A stretch of DNA of 64,000 nucleotides from Octopus sinensis. Its lineage: Eukaryota. The stretch covers positions 14,136,001 through 14,200,000 of the forward strand of contig NC_043021.1 of NCBI RefSeq assembly GCF_006345805.1, in the 5' to 3' direction. This document shows positions 39,384 through 53,084 of this stretch, piece by piece; positions within the stretch are counted from its first letter, which is position 1, and the number at the start of each line of letters is the position of its first letter. The notes beneath the pieces were generated by a model. That model saw only the letters and a program-made list of their open reading frames with translations. It searched no databases and was not told where the DNA came from. The position numbers were made by a program, and so were the translations under genes.

Positions 39384-40607
39384 CACACGAAGGGCTTCTT
39401 TCAGCTTCCATCTAACCAAATCCAATCACAAGGATTTGATCGGCCCGAGGCAGGGCTGGCCCTAGGGTTGCTGGCACCCCGGGCAAGCTGAACTTCGGCG
39501 TGTACAAGCTGACGGTCGTGGAAATTTCCTTGTCTTTGTCACGCCCTCCTTGACGCCCTGGGCGATTGTCCGAGTTGCTGGTACCTTGAGCCGGCCTTAG
39601 CCCGAGGCTATAGTAGAAGACATTTTTGCCCGAGGTGCCATGCAGTAGGACTGAACCCGGAACCGTGTGGCTGGGAAGCAAAGTTACTACCACATAGCCG
39701 CACCTGAACTTCTTTCAGTTTTCATCAACCAAATTTACTCACAAGGACAATAGCAGAAGACACTTGCCCAAGGTGCCACGCAGTGGGGCAGAACCCCAAA
39801 ACCATGTGGTTGGGAAGCAAAATTCTTACCACACATCCACGTCTGTTATTTATTTAATTTTTTTACATTCTTTTATTTTTATTTGTTTTAGTCATTTGAC
39901 GGCGGCCATGCTGGAGCACTACCTTTCGTCGAACAAATCGACCCCAGGACTTATTCTTTGTAAACCTAGTACTTATTCTATCGGCTCTCTTTTGCCGAAC
40001 CGCTAAGTTACGGGGATGTAAACACACCAACAACGGTTGTCAAGTGATGGTGGGGGGACAAACACAGACACAAATGCATACATGTGGAACAATTTATTAA
40101 ACCTTTTATCTAGTGACATATTTTTATAGGAAGAAGACAAAGAAAAAAACATGAAAAGCATAAAAGATCAAATTGTCGAGAACACACTCCCCCCATGACC
40201 ACCTCCCCAAGGAAACAAAGAAAAAGAAAAAAGGGGAGGAGAGAGAGAATTAAATAGCAAAATCCGCGTAGGGAGTGAGAGAAGAACAAACTGTATACCT
40301 GTTTCTTTATTACCCACAAGGGGCTAAACATAGCAGGGACAAACAAGGACAGACAAACGGGTTAAATCGATTACATCGACCCCAGTGCGTAACTGGTACT
40401 TAATTTATCGACCCCAAAAGGATGAAAGACAAAGTCGACCTCGGCGGAATTTGAACTCAGAACGTAACGGCAGACGAAATACTGCAAAGCATTTCGCCCG
40501 GCGTTCTAACGTTTCTGCCAGCTCGCCGCCTTCAGAAGAATAAACTGTATACCTCAGACCAAATGGCATGTTCAGCCGTGCCCTGTGGACAGGATTGCAA
40601 AAGTATT

Positions 40608-41347
40608 GCTTGAGCTTGAGTGACAAAATCTGTAATGAGCTTGAGTGAGGAAATCTGCGATGAACTCGAGTGACGAAAGCTGTGATGAGCCTGAATGACG
40701 AAATCTGTAATGAGCTCGAGTGACGAAATCTGATGAGCTTGAGTGACGAAATCTGTAATGATCTCGAGTGACGAATACTGTGATGAGCCTGAGTGACGAA
40801 ATCTGTAATGAGCTCGAGTGACGAAAGCTGTGATGAGCTCGAATGATGAAATCTGTGATGAGCTTAAGGGACAAAATCTGTGATGAGCTTGAGTGACGAA
40901 ATCTGTGATGAGCTTGAATGACAAAATCTGTAATGAGCCTGAATGACGAAATCTGTAATGAGCTCGAGTTACGAAATCTGTAATGAGCTCAAGTGACGAA
41001 ATCTGTGATGAGCCTGAATGACGAAATCTGTGATGAGCTTGAGTGACGAAATCTGTGATGAGCCTGAATGACGAAATCTGTAATGAGCTCGAGTGACGAA
41101 AGCTGTGATGAGCCTGAATGACGAAATCTGTAATGAGCTCGAGTGACGAAATCTGTGATGAGCTTGAGTGACAAAATCTGTAATGAGCCTGAATGACGAA
41201 ATCTGTAATGAGCTCGAGTTACGAAATCTGTAATGAGCCTGAATGACAAAATCTGTAATGAGCTCGAGTGACGAAATCTGTGATGAGCCTGAATGACGAA
41301 ATCTGTGATGAGCTTGAGTGACGAAATCTGTAATGAGCTTGAATGAC
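40608..41347. repeat. 25-bp minisatellite, about 29 copies
   Basis: Unit GAGTGACGAAATCTGTGATGAGCTY and variants, with period 25 (41041, 41066, 41091). Confidence 0.95.
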
Positions 41348-42018
41348 ACTGATAACCCGGAGTTGCTTCTGAGTCTAAGAATCCTTTTATCATTTACTTG
41401 TCTCGGTCATTGGACTGCAGCTCTGCTGGGGAAACCATCCTGACGTGTTATGTATTTAGTTGAGAAAATCGAACCCAGTACCTATTTCTTTTAAGACTGG
41501 TGCTTCTTTAAGTTGTTAAGTTAGGGGACATAAACAAACCAACACCAGTTGTCAAGCAGTGGTGGAGAACAAATGCAAACACAAATGCACGCACACACAT
41601 GTATATATTTATATATGTGTGTATGTGTGTGTATATGTCTATATATATATATCACGGGTTTCTTTCAGTTTCCATCAACTGAATCCACTCATAAAGCTTT
41701 GGTGGGTCTGCAGTGCTGTAACAGAAGACAGTTGTCCAAGGTGCCATGCAGTGGGACAGAACTTGGAACTATGTGGTCGGGAGGCAAGCTTCTCATCACA
41801 CCAGCTACAATGGCCAGTAACTTTGCGTTTTTCGAAAACTCACATAAATTTCAAAAACCTCAATTCCCTAGAAACCAAACGTCCACTTTTCGGCGTTTTT
41901 AGCTAAGATCACATATTGTGAAAGTGGTTTGTGTATATTTTGTTGAATCACAATGAGTGTCTGTCTGTCTGTCTGTCTGTCTATCTCTATGTCTCTCTGT
42001 CTGTCTATCTGACTGCCT

Positions 42019-42049
<31 letters not shown>

Positions 42050-42145
42050 GTTTATATATCTATCTATCTATTTATCTATCAATCAATCAATCAATCTATC
42101 TATTTATCTATCAATCAATCAATCTATTTATCTATCAATCAATCA

Positions 42146-42192
<47 letters not shown>

Positions 42193-45041
42193 AATCAGTC
42201 TATCTATAAATCTATCTATCTATCTGTCAGTCTACCTGCCTGCCTGTGTAACTCAACCTTCACTTTCACCAACACAATGACCATCACCACCAAACCAAAA
42301 CAATCACCACCATTACCACCTCACCAGCTTCTTAATGACCACTACAACCACCACCAACAACAACAACAGTATTAACAAAATTAGCAGCTCAAAATGAAAT
42401 AAGACAATGGCATGAGATAATATGGGGGTATCTGAGTGTATCTTAAAAGTTGAATGAAATGTTTTTGATCTCAGGTCAATGAGGATCGACATGAAGCTAA
42501 TCAGCTACAACAATGCAATTAAGAAGAACAACATGACCACCACCACCAACAACAACAACAACAACAACAACAACATCTCCCACCATCACTAAAACACCCA
42601 ACACTACCTCTACTACTACTATTATTATTATTCAGATCACTGCCTGGAATCGAACTTGGAATCTTGGGGTTAGTAGCCTGTGCTCTTAACTACTATGCCA
42701 TATGCCCACCTCCAACAGGTGGTCATGGGAAAAGGAAAGTAGAGCATGCAGTTATTGTGAATCAGGTGAGAGATACAAGGGGCAAAGTACCCATGAACCT
42801 GGCAATATACTGTAATTCCTGTACAGTATATTACCAGGTAATCATACTCTAGTTTCTCACACACCCCCACAAACGCACACACATTGTTGTATTGACATAC
42901 AACATCTGTAGCTACAGTCATTGTAGACACGCTGATACTGTTATTGTTATCTCCAGTTGGTCCTTCAAAAGTTGGTGGGTTAATAGTGGTGCTAGTGTTG
43001 ATTGTACTGGTTTTGGTTATGCTGGTAGGTATTGTTGGTAGAGGTGGTAGTGGTGGTCATATTGTTCTTGTTAATTGTATTCCTGTTTCTATTTAGCCTC
43101 AAGTCAATCCTCAATGATCTGAGATCAGAAACATTTCATTTAACTTTTAAGATACACTTGGACACCCCTGTTTTCTCTCCTGATTGTCTTTTATTCAAGA
43201 AACCACATTTTTGCGATGAGAGCAAGATGGAATTGTTGCAAAAAACCCTTTTTCAGAAAGAAAGAAAAGAAAGAAAAGAAGCCAACTCTAAATAAATGAA
43301 AGTGAAAATGGAGATATAGAAAACCCATTATATCGAACTCCACTCCCACCTATTTCTTTACTACCCACAAGGGGCTAAACACTGAGGGGACAAACAAGGA
43401 CAGACAAATGGATTAAGTCGATTACATCGGCCCCAGTGCGTAACTGGTACTTATTTAATCGACCCTGAAAGGATGAAAGGCAAAGTCGACCTCGGCGGAA
43501 TTTGAACTCAGAACATAACGGCAGACGAAATACCTATTTCTTTATTACCCACAAGGGGCTAAACACTGAGGGGACAAACAAGGACAGACAAATGGATTAA
43601 GTCGATTACATCGACCCCAGTGCATAACTGGTACTTATTTAATCGACCCCGAAAGGATGAAAGGCAAAGTCGACCTCGGCGGAATTTGAACTCAGAACAT
43701 AACGGCAGACGAAATACCACTGAGCATTTCGCCCGGCGTGCTAACATTTCCGCCAGCTCGCTGCCTTGACTCTGCTTCCACCACCACCACCACTGCCATA
43801 CCAACATAACCAACACTCACATGTACGACTACAAAATAAAGCATTAAAGAAACTGCAGGAACAACAACAGAAACAAGTAAACAAGCTGAAAAACACATAA
43901 GCCCAACCCACCTCCATTACTGAATTCTGCACTCACCACCATCATAACAACAAAACCAAATACTCACATATATGACTACAACTACAGAAGAAAGCATTAA
44001 AAAAAAATTGCAGGAACAACAACAGAAACACTTAAACAAGCTGACAAACACACAGGTCCGATTCATTGCTATCAAGTTCACTGTTCATTGAAAGAGCAAC
44101 AGCGATTTGAAGGAGGAAGTCATCAAAGATTAAATTTCTACAAAGAGACGTCTTTCACTGAACTGTAGTTAAAAACTCCTCGAGACATACTATGAATACA
44201 AATTCACACAAAATAATGCAAACATGGCCACTGACATTGGATCTTTTTCAAAAAGACCTAACAAAAACATTTCAGATCCTTTTGTGACTACCACTTCAAC
44301 TAAAGAGAATCTTAGTTCACATGCACTTCTAGGGAACCTCTTTACTTGTTCTTTTCTGGTCATACAGTTGGTTGTATAAATGTATGTTGACAAAGATCGG
44401 CCTGGAAGCACTGTCATTTGCTCAGCAGCCTAATGTTATGAGATATAAATTCGGTAGCAATTAGCGAGATTAGACTTTCCAAAGCAAGCATGCATGTGCC
44501 CGACTTTATGATGACAATAAGGCTCGCTAATCTCACAGTCTGTCAGGATTGGGCAGAAATGGCAGTGTTTTGGAAATGTTTGGAACTCAAGGTACAGAAG
44601 ATAAGTTGTTTGTGTTGAGTGCGAACAGCAGGGAAACTAATCTATTCTGATAAATGGCTATGTCACAACTGGAGCAGAATGACTGAGTTTCCTTAGGCTC
44701 TGGAAAGTTTGTTGAGTATGCCTGACTCTTTAATAGCATCTGCATTTTAAACAGAGTTGGTTAGTATATGGGAGAAGTGAGTGTAACAACCTAGCATTTC
44801 TGTCTGACTGGTAATGACTGGATTTTTTTTAATGTTCCACAAAGCAGCTACATAGGAGTGGCTGTGTGGTAAGTAAGACGTAGGAGTAGCTGTGTGGTAA
44901 GTAGCTAGCTTACGAACCACATGGTTCTGGGTTCATTCCCACTGCATGGCACTTTGGGCAAGTATCTTCTACTATAGCCTCGGGCCGACCAAAGCCTTGT
45001 GAGTGGATTTGGTAAACAGAAACTGAAAGAAACCTGTTGTA

Positions 45042-45094
<53 letters not shown>

Positions 45095-46339
45095 ATATGT
45101 TTGTGTCTGTATTTGTCCCCCCAACATTGCTTGACAACTGATGCTGGTGTGTTTACATCCCCGTAAATTAGCAGTTTGGCAAAAGAGACTGACAGAATAA
45201 GTACTAGGCTTACAAAGAATAAGTCCTGGGGTCGATTTGCTTGACTAAAGGCCACAGTCAAATGACTGAAACAAGTAAAAGAGTAAAGCAGCTACGTACA
45301 AAGAATTTTCGTAAGATCATTGGATAGGTTTGGTGTAGTTGTCCACAATTTAAACTAGTCGGTTACGCATATCACAAATTTGTGATCTGCTAGTTTGACT
45401 TAGATAGATCTCAAAACATAGAACTGAGTATAGATCATTCTCAATGCATGTAGCCTGCAGACTCTGGATTAGTATTTAACTAAAACTTTTGATACAAGCA
45501 ATCGTCAACAACTTGTGGTGGAGTGTTCTGAGGAAAACGATTAGAGGAGAATCTTTAAGCCTTAGTAGAAAAAAGTAATGGTAAAGAAAAATAGACTAGT
45601 GAGACAGTGAGTAGATTAAAAGAGGCAATTAGGAAAGGCATTGAGATTGATGTGCTAGTGGCAAGAATAGCTCTTGACTATGCCTTCAGTGCAAAACTCA
45701 AAGGTTATGTGGTTAGAGTTAAGGCACATGCACTAAAATATGAGAAAACGAAAATCACTTGATGGGTCTGGGTGGCAGAGTTGTGACACGAGAATTAAGT
45801 CACAATTTGGTGTTTGATAGACCTGTACAGGTGCTTGCGACTTGGTTTCAAATAGATGTATGTGACTAATACAGAAGTAAGGCCTGGGCTTCTATGAAAA
45901 ACGAGGAACAATGACTGGCTACAACACAGAGGGCTGTAGAAAGATCCATGCTAGGATGGAGTCGTTGTGGGAGTCTGTTGGAGATGAGGAAGTTTGGGAA
46001 TGGAATGGACTGAAGAACATGATCATGGAATAATGAAAGCACAAGTTCCACTGGGCAGGACATATCACAAGGTTTACTAACAACAGGTGGACCTGTATAG
46101 TTATCCAAGGGACTAGACAAAGCTACTTGGAAGATCCCCAAGACAATGAGATGACATTGCGTTACCTACCCACCCTGGCCCCAATGGGCTGAAATAGAAG
46201 AGAAGAGTGCAATCAAAGAGTGAATGATAATCTGGTCAATAGAGAGAGAGAGAGAGAGAGAAAGATCATTGGTTTTCTACTTTTATTAAAACTATCTGAT
46301 TATTAGTTCTAATCAATTTTAAACACCATGCACACACAC

Positions 46340-46630
46340 ACATCATCATCATCATTGTTCGACCGTGGTCGAGACAATGGAATTTACCATGCTACGCCAG
46401 ACTTCACGGTCCATCATGGCATTACAGAGGTCCTGTTGCTGGATGCCTGTATCCCTGGAGATTACATCAGGGTAGGAGAGTGTGCGCCCTCTGGTATTGC
46501 GAGTAGATGGCTTCCAGAGGAGAAGAGTAGAAATTAACTCTTTTTCAGCTCTACAACAATGTCCAGCAAACTGGACTCTCCTACCTTTCACAAGAGATGA
46601 CACAGGTGGTAGTTTCCCATATATTTGCAT
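46340..46630 (-). mobile_element. 3' end of a second RTE/RTEX-like LINE family
   Basis: RRVQFAGHCCR...LLLWKP...RGRTLSY...AMMDREVWR is a typical post-RT C-terminus, followed by an (ATG)n tail. Confidence 0.7.
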
Positions 46631-46959
46631 TTATTTTATTTTAATTTTTTTCACACACACACACACATATATACATATATATACACACATATAGATATGT
46701 TATAACTCGACATAAAAGAAACGTTCGTTTTTGTGTGTTTTTTTTTGTCATTATGTTGAGTTATAATAAAAACAATTTTATGTTAATCTGAAGGATTACT
46801 CAATACTTTTTGTAGAATACAAATTTACTATTCTTTAACAAGAATGTTGTTGACAGTGACTTCGAAGTTTTGGTCAGCTAGCTTTTGTTGGACTACATAC
46901 ATGCATGCATGCATACATACACACACACACACACACACATACATACATACATACATAAT

Positions 46960-47118
46960 GATAGTAACATTGATCGTGAAAGTAGTCTATCATGGACCAG
47001 TAGCCAGATTACTACCTCCTGCTTTGAAGGCTATGTGTTTGCGATCCAGGAACAGGAAATATCAACCAAATACCTGATGCATAAAAGGGAGAGAGGTGCA
47101 GGAAAAGCAGTAAAATGA
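46960..47118 (+). mobile_element. Fragment of an R4/Dong-like (RLE-type) LINE ORF
   Basis: IDRESSLSW...FEGYVFAIQEQEISTKYL resembles the conserved segment between RT and the CCHC knuckle in RLE LINEs. Confidence 0.5.
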
Positions 47119-47799
47119 CTGCAGTCCAATGATCGAAACAAGCAAAGGCTAAAAGACAAAGTTGGTTTTCAATATAGGCAAAAGACCATAATGTTTGTGG
47201 CGAGGGAACAGGCACTGTCATCGTGTCTCGAAGATGAGATAAAAATTAAAGAAGATAGTTCGATTGAGCAAATAGAAAAATTATCAGTGCTACTGAGAGT
47301 TATCTCCCCTATCTTGTAAATTAGTTTCCGACAAGAAAGCAATAATTTAGTTATCGGAGTCGATTTAAAAGCTGACTGTAAGAGTATGTGTGAAATAACT
47401 TTTCGAGTTTTTACTTTCTCAGGTCCACTGTCTCACTGGAGTAGAGTTTTGCCCCTCACTCCTCATTTTGTCGATAAAACATGGAAATTAACGTTGACGA
47501 TTGGCGTTAATTGTACCAATGTGTTGTTAAATACTGTCGCATCAACGAAGACTGGTTTTCGTTGTATTCATGAATACAGAAGTAAAATACGAAAGAAAAA
47601 AACAAACCAATTTACATTAGGAAGTTATTTAATTGTAATTAAGAACCCTGGAATAAAAACCGGTTAATTTTTGTATTCATTTGGCTGACGAAATCGAAAG
47701 AATTTTCTGGTAGCGATGAAGACTGAACGAAAACATGTCGAGAAATACAATTACACTCATAAAATAAATACATTACGGTAGTTAGTTAGGTACTTACTT

Positions 47800-48030
47800 T
47801 CATCTTTCCAGTTCAAATGCGGCCGCGCTCAGCATCACCTTTCATCTCTCAACGAAATAAAGACTAGTTCAAATATGGGGGAGTTAATTTAATCAGCTGT
47901 ACCTCGCATCTCCAGCGAAAATAAAAGGGGCTCCTCTGATCAATATAGAAATACGAAACTAGAATACCGTGTGTTGTGTGTATAAAAACTGCTAGCTCCG
48001 TTTGAAGATTGGTTGTCTGGCATGAAAACA
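47800..48030. promoter_or_regulatory. Probable IARS2 promoter/5' region, possibly bidirectional
   Basis: CpG-containing, microsatellite-free stretch just upstream of the IARS2 ATG. A minus-strand GTAAGT donor lies at 47797-47792. Confidence 0.45.
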
Positions 48031-48269
48031 TGTTGGTTACGATCTCTCGCACGCGGCTCCTGTGTTTTGCCGAGTCGCTGCACTTGCGTTGCACCCCCAG
48101 CTTGCACTCTTCACGGGGGTACAGCAAAAAGGGACAGGACAGCAATGAGATCAACAATGAGGGTAGTGAGAAAAAGAGAAAGGATTTATTACTCAGCCTT
48201 CCCAAAACCAAACTGACCTTAACGCTTCGCGACGGAGCCGCTGCTAAGAGAGAAAAGGTTATTCAAGAA
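48030..48269 (+). CDS. IARS2: Mitochondrial isoleucyl-tRNA synthetase, exon 1 (start codon, targeting peptide)
   Basis: ATG at 48030. MLVTISRTRLLCFAESLHLRCTPSLHSSRGYS is Arg/Leu/Ser-rich like a mitochondrial presequence, followed by LSLPKT...REKVIQE. Donor GAA|GTAAGG, 240 nt, phase 0, in frame with exon 2. Confidence 0.85.
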
Positions 48270-49079
48270 GTAAGGACCACATATCACTTACGTTCGTTGT
48301 AATAATGTTGATGATTTCAGACTTAGGTACAAAGGCCAAGAATATGGTAATGGTGATTTTCCCGTCCCCCCCTCCCCTATAGCGACCTTATTATTTGACT
48401 AAATACTTTATTTTATCGACCTTAGAAGGATGAAATCATAATCGACATCGGCAGGATTTGAACTCTGAACATAAAAGAACGTAGTATAATAACTTTACGT
48501 GAAAGGACGTATCATTCTTCGGTTGTTTTCAGCAACCAATTTTCTTCGATCTTTATGATGATGACAATAATAATAATAATAATCCTTTCTACTGTAGGTA
48601 CAAGGACTGAAATTTTAGTGGGAGGAGGGTTTGTTAATTAAATTGATTAGTTTCTTTTTTACTAGTATTTTATTTTATCGACCCCAGAAGGCGTATTTGA
48701 ACTCAGAACGTATTTTGTCTAATAATTGTGATTTCTAAAATGCCTGGAATGATGAAAGGCAGCGTTGACCTCGGTAGGAATTGAACTCAAAACGTAATGG
48801 GTCGCAACCGAATATTGCTTAATTAAAGCTTACCGTCCATTAATTCAACCCTAGCTTATTGCTGTTGTTTTGTTTAGCATCAGGTGAACTCCGATTCAGA
48901 ATCCCTATGATCACAGACCTTCCACCCGCGACCTTCCCATTGAAGCTCCTTCATTAGTTTGTGTCTGTTGGAGTTGTTTACCTCCCAGGCCAGTTCTGAT
49001 TGAGCAGAATTATAATCAAAGACGTTTTTTGGTGTAAAAGGTTCCTGATTAAGCAGAATCATAGTCAAAGACGTTTTTT

Positions 49080-49243
49080 GGCGATCTTTCGGTACAAGTA
49101 CCATAACTGTCAATTATAAACTTACGTGGGTTTATATACATTTCTGAAGAAAAAAGAAACCCTAACCCCACATATATATTTAAAAAAAACTTTACGGAAA
49201 GTGACAGACTTGGCAATTATGATACTTGTACCAAAAGATCGCC
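49080..49243. mobile_element. GG-terminated MITE with 8-bp TSD in IARS2 intron 1
   Basis: GGCGATCTTTCGGTACAAGTA / TACTTGTACCAAAAGATCGCC with TSD CGTTTTTT on both sides. AACCCTAACCC inside. Confidence 0.75.
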
Positions 49244-50822
49244 CGTTTTTTTTTTTGGTGTAAAAGGTTCATGTTTTCATTTTGGTTCATCGTCATCATC
49301 ATCATTTAATGTCCGTTTTCCATGCTGGCATGAGTTGGTTGGTTTGACAGGAGCTGGCAAGCTGGAGAGTTGCTCAGGCTCGAATTGTCTGTTTAGTTGT
49401 GACATCATTAGTGTTATTGGGATGAAAAGAACTGTTGATTTTCTGTGGCTTGAATTCGGCAGCCCTAAGCACTGCCAGGCATTTCTGTTCTCTTTGCTTC
49501 ACTGTTTCTGTCAAGCTGCTGCCCTCATGTTAGCACAAGATCTCTGAAATTAGTAAAAAGTGGGTTACAATAACAATAATCACAATGACACCACCACTCT
49601 AACAACCTGGTCTCTATCTGTGGCTTTTCTTTTTCCTTTATACTTTTTGAGTCTGGAAGAAGAGTCACTCTCATAGCAATCACCGGCCCTCTCAGACTGG
49701 TGAGATTAATGCCTTGTCCCTTTTGAAGCTTGTAATTCAACTCAACTCATCTCAATAGTATTGCGCAAGTAATAGTTAAAAACTATTTTATTGAATAAAA
49801 AAAACAGTGAATTAATGATAGCGACCTTACTGGACATGAGAATGGACACCTCGACACAATGGACAAGACCAAGAGACCAACCAAAGACAAAGATAGCAAG
49901 ATGACCTCACCCACTATCTGAGTCCTATACGGCCACAGCCACTCTAACAACTTGGTCTCTATCTGTGTCTTTTCTTTTTCCTTTGTACTTTTTGAGTCTG
50001 GAGGAAGAGTCACTCTCATGGCAATCACGGGCCCTCCCAGACTGGTGAGATTAATGCCTTGTCCCTTTTGAAGCCTTCTAATTCAACTCAACTCATCTCA
50101 TCTCAATAAGGGCTTCATTAATCCTGAAGGAGGAACCCTTCCCTGGACTCCTTTCACTGCTGTTTGTTTCTGCCCAGCCTTAGCCATGTAGGCCCCAGAT
50201 AATGGGTGAGGTCATCTTGCCATCTCTGTCTTTGGCTGGTCTCTTGGTCTTGTCCATTCTCATGTCCAGTAAGTTCACTGTTTTTTATTCAATAAAATAG
50301 TTTTTAACTATTGCTAGTGAGATACTATGGATATATTTTCTTGGTAAACTTTTCTTTCGGTGAACTTTTCTCATGGTGAATTGATGGCAGTGAACTTACC
50401 TGTAATTGTCGATTCTGTCACCCTGATTGTCCATCTGTTGTCCTTCAGTTGCACAATGTGGCCAGCCCATCCGTATTTGCTCTCCTTGATGGTTCTTATG
50501 TCATTGTAATTCAACATCTACAGAAAAGACACAAGCAGGCTAAGTGTTTCAGAGGGTCAACAATCTGGAGAGTAAGGACCGGGCTTAGTGGGTTGTTAGT
50601 GTGGTGCTTAGGGAGATGGAGATACAACACAGGTGATGAGAGGAGAATGGAGAAGAGAAATACCTGAGTGGAGGAGGTCTGAACCCAGCTAGCTCTAAAG
50701 TGCAGAAGCCATTATAGTACCAGTAGAAAAGGCAGCAAGAGGAGACAGTGTGTTTCCTGTGGGCCAGAGAATGGAGTCTCTCTGAATGACTTAGTGCTAG
50801 TCTGCTGGAGGACAAACACTCA

Positions 50823-50857
<35 letters not shown>

Positions 50858-51095
50858 AATGTATATATATACATTCAAAATGTGACCGTGTGTGTACCAT
50901 TGGCGATTTTTTCCCTCTGTCTTCCCTTCTCTGGATCTTTCCTTCTCCTATGTTTCTGACGAAGAGCTCTGCTCAAAACGTTAAACCTTCCTTCTTTCCT
51001 GAGCGTCCAATAATACTATATTTGTTCCACGTCCTCGTGTTGTGTTTTTTTTTGTGCTTTCATGTTTGGATTAACTTTATATATATATATATATA

Positions 51096-51615
51096 CTAGC
51101 AGTATCGCCCGGCGTTGCTCGGGTTTGTAAGGGAAATAACTATATAAGCATTTTTAGTGAGTTATAGCAAAAAAATGCATTAAAAATGGAATAAAAAATG
51201 ATGGTAATTTTGGTGTCTTCAAGCCATGAAGTCGTTGTTCTAAAAGAACGCTGGTCTCCTTGACAACGCTTTACAACGTTGATTTCCTTACACTCCCTTC
51301 CCCACAGCTTCACGAGGGAGGGAAGAAGGGGGAGAAGCAAACAGGTGCAAGTGTGACCATGGACACCAACTCCGCCGCCATCGACACACGAAAAAATATG
51401 CATTAAAATGGAATAAAAAATTATGTTAAATTATTTTTAAAATCGTAGACTCATCATAGACGCGCGCTAATACCCAGACGAGCTCGATATGAATCACGAC
51501 TATAAGATACCCGAATTTGGTTAAATTGCACCGCAAAATGAGGGAGGAGTTAGGAATCTAAATTGAAGGGGACAGACACTCACACAACTACAGTTTTATA
51601 TATATATATATATAT
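51096..51615 (-). mobile_element. Non-autonomous Helitron in IARS2 intron 1
   Basis: The minus-strand 3' end is CCCGAGCAACGCCGGG (hairpin) + CGATACTG + CTAG, the canonical Helitron terminus. The 5' end TATATAAAACTGTAGTTGTGTG merges into (TA)n. Confidence 0.75.
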
Positions 51616-51648
51616 ATACAACATTACTTTCTTCCTTATTTTTGCTAG

Positions 51649-51771
51649 AAAACTGGTTTTTCAAAACTTTATGAATGGCAAAGAAACCAGAAACAACGAC
51701 CAGAGTTTGTTTTACATGATGGACCTCCATATGCCAATGGGTTACTGCATGTTGGTCATGCTGTCAATAAG
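51649..51771 (+). CDS. IARS2: IARS2 exon 2 (class I HIGH motif)
   Basis: tttgctag|[41 protein letters not shown]|gtaagt. [12 protein letters not shown] is the IleRS signature. 123 nt. Confidence 0.97.
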
Positions 51772-51805
51772 GTAAGTAAATCAGTAGCTATTCTTTCTCT
51801 TTCAC

Positions 51806-51879
<74 letters not shown>

Positions 51880-52375
51880 GTCTGTCTGTCTATGTCTGCC
51901 TATCTATATCAGTGTAGGCACATGTGTGGTTGACTGTGGTTAAGAAACTTGCTTCCTAACCATGTAGTCTTGGGTTCTGTTCCACTGTGTGGTACCATGA
52001 ACAAGTGTCCTCTGCTATAGTCTTGAGCCAACCAAAGCCTTTATAGGCAGACTTGGAAACTGAAAGAAGCTCATCATACATATGTAATGTAAATGTATGT
52101 GAGTGCGTGTGCATGTATGTATATATCTTTGTCTTGACATCATTTGATGGTTTTTAGTGAGTCTCACTATCATTCAGGTGGTGTTGTGTGTTTTCAGTCT
52201 TCCATGAAAAACATGTCTAGTCATGCAGAAATATTACCTTGCTTGGAAGCAGGTGATGGTTGGTGACAAGAAGGACATCTGACTGGAAAAAATCTACCTC
52301 CACAAATTCTATCTGACTCATGCAAGCATGTATGCATATGTATATGTTTGTGTGTGTGTGTGTGAGAGAGGGTAT

Positions 52376-52755
52376 CTCTGCCTTGGCATCACATGGTAGT
52401 TGTAAACAAGTCTCACTGTCATCCAAGCGGTGTCATTTGTTTCCAATCTTATGTGGAAACATGTCTGATCTCTTTGCCTTGACATCACATGGTAGTTGTA
52501 AACAAGTCTCACTGTCATCCAAGCGGTGTCATTTGTTTCCAATCTTATGTGGAAACATGTCTGATCTCTTTGCCTTGACATCATATGGTAGTTGTAAACA
52601 AGTCTCACTGTCATCCAAGTGGTGTCATTTGTTTCCAATCTTATGTGGAAACATGTCTGATCTCTTTGCCTTGACATCATATGGTAGTTGTAAACAAGTC
52701 TCACTGTCATCCAAGTGGTGTCATTTGTTTCCAGTCTTGTGTGGAAAGATGTCTG
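52376..52755. repeat. 96-bp tandem repeat, about 4 copies, inside an old retroposon in IARS2 intron 2
   Basis: gacatc recurs at 52481 and 52577. The repeat gives a 32-aa periodic ORF artefact. Confidence 0.9.
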
Positions 52756-52924
52756 GTCATGGAGAAATATTACCTGAGTCGGAAACGAGTGAGGGTTGGT
52801 GACAGGAAGGGCATCCAGCTGTAGGAAATTTGCCTCAACAAATTCTGTCCAACCCATTGCAGAATGGAAAAGTGAATGTTAAAAATGATGTTGGTTTTGC
52901 CTGTGGTTTTTATTTATTGAACAG

Positions 52925-53084
52925 ATTTTAAAAGATATTGTGAACCGCCACAAACTGCTAGAAGGGTACAGAATTGGATATTGCCCAGGTTGGGACTGCC
53001 ATGGATTGCCCATTGAACTGAAGGCCATCAAACAGAAAGACAATGCAGTGAATGATCTTCGTCCATTGACCATTAGAAATCGAG
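52925..53084 (+). CDS. IARS2: IARS2 exon 3
   Basis: acag|[36 protein letters not shown]...IRNR|gtacgg. Contains the [10 protein letters not shown] motif. 160 nt. Confidence 0.97.

Noticed and set aside
38907-39491. 194-aa ORF
   Set aside because: Runs through a SINE and (CA)n microsatellite and has no protein features.
40532-41393. Repetitive ORFs and a CRISPR-like appearance
   Set aside because: Contiguous 25-bp tandem units without unique spacers, in eukaryotic DNA with no cas genes.
52318-52857. 179-aa and 160-aa periodic ORFs
   Set aside because: Products of a 96-bp tandem repeat in an intron.
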